NCBI GenBank assembly: GCA_038087875.1 | Contig: CM075988.1 | Location: forward strand, 11,472,001-11,536,000 | DNA: 64,000 nucleotides | Direction: 5' to 3' | From: Malacoraja senta | Taxonomy: Eukaryota | Shown here: piece after piece, positions 60,939-64,000 of the stretch | Layout of the letters: every line of letters starts with the position of its first letter | Numbering within the stretch: the stretch's first letter is position 1 | Program-made: the position numbers and the translations under genes | Notes under the pieces: model-generated | The model's input: the letters and a program-made list of their open reading frames with translations, nothing else | What the model was told of the DNA's origin: nothing | The model's database searches: none

Positions 60939-62832
60939 ACCATTTAATTAACTTTTTAAAGAAACTTATAAAATGTGCAAACGTTTTGATCATGTGGGGA
61001 ATATTTGAATAACTTGTAAATAAGTCACATTTCGAATGGCAATGTAATGGAGCTTAGAATTTTCTGAAGGATGGAGTGGCTTTAAAGGGGTGCCACTTAC
61101 AGAAGGGATTTCACGGTGTGATATAGCAGTGAGATGTCGATAAGCTCGGATAGAACTCAGGTGTGCAGTAATATTGAACTCAGCGCTGCACGGAAATCTT
61201 CCAAGTAGATCAAATTAAAATTAATTAAAAAATAAAAACTGCTGGAAATATTCCGCAGGTCGGTTTGCATCTGTGGAAATAGAGACAAAAGTTAACATTT
61301 CAGGACAACGACTCTTCCACAGATGCTGTCTTCCTCACTGGGTGTTTTAATTAATGTTTCCTGCTTTTGCTTCACGCAATTTTCTTTCTCGTTTTATGTA
61401 TAAATGTCAGTATGTGATCTAAATCAAATAAATGTCAGAACATGGTTCAAAACGGTAGCGTTGACCCTTCGGGTATAAGCAGTGCGATGCCGGACCAGGA
61501 TCAAAGGTCAAATGTTTCTAGGCAGTCTCGGCTCTCCATGCAGTCCGAGTTTCGCTGGATCCTCGTAATCCTCTGTCTCTGTCAAATGGGTGAGTTTAAC
61601 CTGCCCCCCCCCCCCCAACCTCCCTCCACCTGAACTCACGCCTGGTCACCAAAGCAGCTCAGGAGGCGAACCCTGAGCTCCGTCTCCCAACAATTTGTAG
61701 GCCGCGCTAAATTCTATGGAGATGTTGCTTATTAAAACAGACCTTCATTGAAGGTTGGCTCAAGAGTAACTCGGGAAAGGAACTTGTTAACTCGGGAGAC
61801 GAACTTGGAACATCGCAGAAATGACAGTTAACGGCAAACTTGAGTCATACCCAAACTTGAGTCCAAAAAAAATAAATGTATTATTATTATTATACCCCTG
61901 GGAACTCGGTTAAACTCTTGATCATACACTTGGAATCTCGTGCACAACCACGAGTCTTTCGCTTGGGGTACCTCGTGGGTCAGCTCGCACAGTGTGACAG
62001 GGCTATCAGTAATGGTACATGTCATAAGTTTCAATGTCAAAAAGCAGTGAGACAAGCTCCGTTGCACTGCACCCATTGCCCGGAATCATTGCCTTGAGTC
62101 TCGACATTCCAGCAACGTGGACTACTTCACAGGTCTTCCCCATCCTGGAATTAGTCGGCAGGTTGTAGCTGTCTCGAGATCGCAGGCAACAAAGTGCAAA
62201 GGCTTACACCCCTCAGGTGCCTCTCTAGAGGGCAAAGCTAGAGATGGAGTTTTGCCTTCCAGTTAAGCTAAAACTAAATTTAATAGTTTTTAAAAGCTTG
62301 TCATTCAGAAATATTGAAAGCTTCTACAACTGTGCGTAAAAATAAGAACTATTATTTTATAGAACAGATAATAAAGATATTTAGAAATAAAACAATAGTA
62401 ACCTTTTTCAAAATAATGCAAATGCAAAATTAAGCCTCTCAATGAGGACTCCCTTTATCCATTAGTTATCCTTTCCACAATAGACCATGCTTTCCTGTTA
62501 GAGTTTGTAACACATGGAGATGATGAATCAAGTGACTTTTCATTTTGCTTAAAATATATTCCGACACAACAACCCTAATGTGAATGTATTTGCAAGCAAT
62601 AGTTGCGGCAAGCATATATTTTTCCTTGGGTCACTCAGCAAAGACAGCAGCCATTTTGTAGCTTTCCCAGGAATGTTATTGTTTGCGCAAACAATGTTTT
62701 TCTTTCTTGCATGTTTGGTTTGCAAGAGAACGATTCAGGGCTAGGAAGCCAGGATTAAGCAAGAGCAAATAATTCAAGCTGTGATGGATTGCTACGTACA
62801 TCTCTGTTCAAATCCCACTGTAATCATATCAA

Positions 62833-63013
62833 GGGCGGCACGGTGGCGCGGCGGAGGAGTTGCTGCCTTACAGCGCTTACGTCGCCAGAGACCCGGGTTC
62901 GATCCTGGCTACGGGGGCTTGTCTGTATGGAGTTTTATGTTCTCTCCGTGGACTTTCTCCGAGAACCTTGGTTTACGCTCACACTCCAAAGACGTACAGG
63001 TTTGTAGGTTAAT
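62833..63013 (+). mobile_element. HE1/V-SINE-type SINE, 3' truncated
   Basis: gggcggcacggtggcgc...cccgggttcgatcctggctacggg...ccaaagacgtacaggtttgtaggttaat. Confidence 0.85.
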
Positions 63014-63080
63014 ATTTATGCTTGACCCTCCTGCTTAGAAATGGGACACATTATGTGGACCGATCGTGTAGAACAGCTTT

Positions 63081-63382
63081 GGGCAGCACAATGTCACAAC
63101 TGGTAGAGCCCCTGCCTCACAGCCCAGATTCGATCCTGTTCTTGGGCTTGCATGTGTGGAGTTTGCACATTTACCCTGTGACTGTGTCAATTTGTTTGAG
63201 TCCTCTGTTCTCTTCTCACCCACCAAAGACGTGAGGGTTTGTAGGTTAATTGGCCTTTGTAAATTGGGCCTAGTGTGTAGGGAGCGGATGAGGAAAGGGG
63301 AGCAACCTAGAACTACTGTGAACGGGTGATCGATTGTTGGCGTGGACTCGGCAGGCCGAAGGTTCAGTTTCCAAGCTGTTTT
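63081..63382 (+). mobile_element. HE1/V-SINE-type SINE
   Basis: ttcgatcc B-box, gtgtggagtttgcac core, ggccgaaggttcagtttcc tail. Confidence 0.8.
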
Positions 63383-63554
63383 GCACGTATTTTAATGTGC
63401 CTGCCGACATTTCCCATTGAATTCTGACAATTGAGAAATTAATGGGCTCTCTGGGCATGATTCTTCACAGCATTGTTGCAGTTTTTAGCACCATCATGAG
63501 CGTAGTGACATCCGGAGGAGCTGCTTAACATCATCTTGCAGCCCACGATTCTGA

Positions 63555-63655
63555 AACTGTCAGTCCAGATTTATACTCAAAGCCCCGCTGAAGGGCTTGA
63601 GCCCAAAATCTTTGACTCAGAGAAAGAGCACAACCACCAAGCAACGGCTGACACA
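63555..63655 (-). mobile_element. Ancient Deu-SINE tRNA-head remnant
   Basis: gtcagtccagatttatactcaaa...gggcttgagcccaaaatctttgactcagag resembles the reverse of the SacSINE1-like 5' region as recalled. Confidence 0.45.
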
Positions 63656-64000
63656 ATAAATTACCAGACATACTCTGAGAAACCATTAAATGTCTAATAT
63701 GAAAAGCATGAAGAGTTACAGCAGTTAAGGGCATGCTCCAGAGGTTGGAACTATGGTACATTGGTCAGGTAAATAAGAAACAGTCTTAGGCCTGGGCTGC
63801 AGTGGATCTTGGAGTGTTATATTTTGAAACCAGATAAAAGACTGTTCTTCATTCACATCCATCATCTTCTGCGAACGGAAGTCGATTCACCAAAATGCCC
63901 TTTGTGCATTTGCACCATTGGAATGCTGAACAGATGTGATTTATTGATTCAACCAGATAAAGATATCGATGTTAAGTTATCAGCTTCTAAAAATCCTGAA

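Larger units (their letters stand above)
59428..62004. mobile_element. Large non-autonomous PIF/Harbinger-like element bounded by 43-bp TIRs
   Basis: 59428-59470 versus the reverse complement of 61962-62004 match at 40/43 positions; the terminal cctgtc(t/a)cac resembles the MITE termini at 37898 and 54026; no clear TSD. Confidence 0.65.

Overview
Repeat-dense, AT-rich eukaryotic genomic DNA with no recognisable host protein-coding exon. The repeat content (HE1/V-SINE-type tRNA SINEs sharing 3' tails with CR1/HER1-type LINEs, Deu-domain SINE remnants, Penelope LTR fragments) points to a cartilaginous fish, probably a skate or ray; this is inference. Bases 1-11320 recur apparently identically at 17468-28787 (constant offset 17467), across a 200-N scaffold gap at 11321-11520, most likely a false assembly duplication. 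All coding signals are decayed transposons: CR1 RT fragments, a Rex1/Babar-type RT, a KIAA1586-like hAT transposase with an internal deletion, a shattered Ty3/Gypsy pol and Penelope GIY-YIG C-termini. The most interesting signals are about 20 Penelope LTR pieces, many as short TSD-flanked palindromes carrying a minimal hammerhead-ribozyme core; two local templated insertions; PIF/Harbinger MITEs with TAA duplications; and an LTR-like segment followed by an over-long copy of a tRNA-Ser 3' end. All calls were made by eye and element boundaries are approximate unless a TSD or TIR is given.
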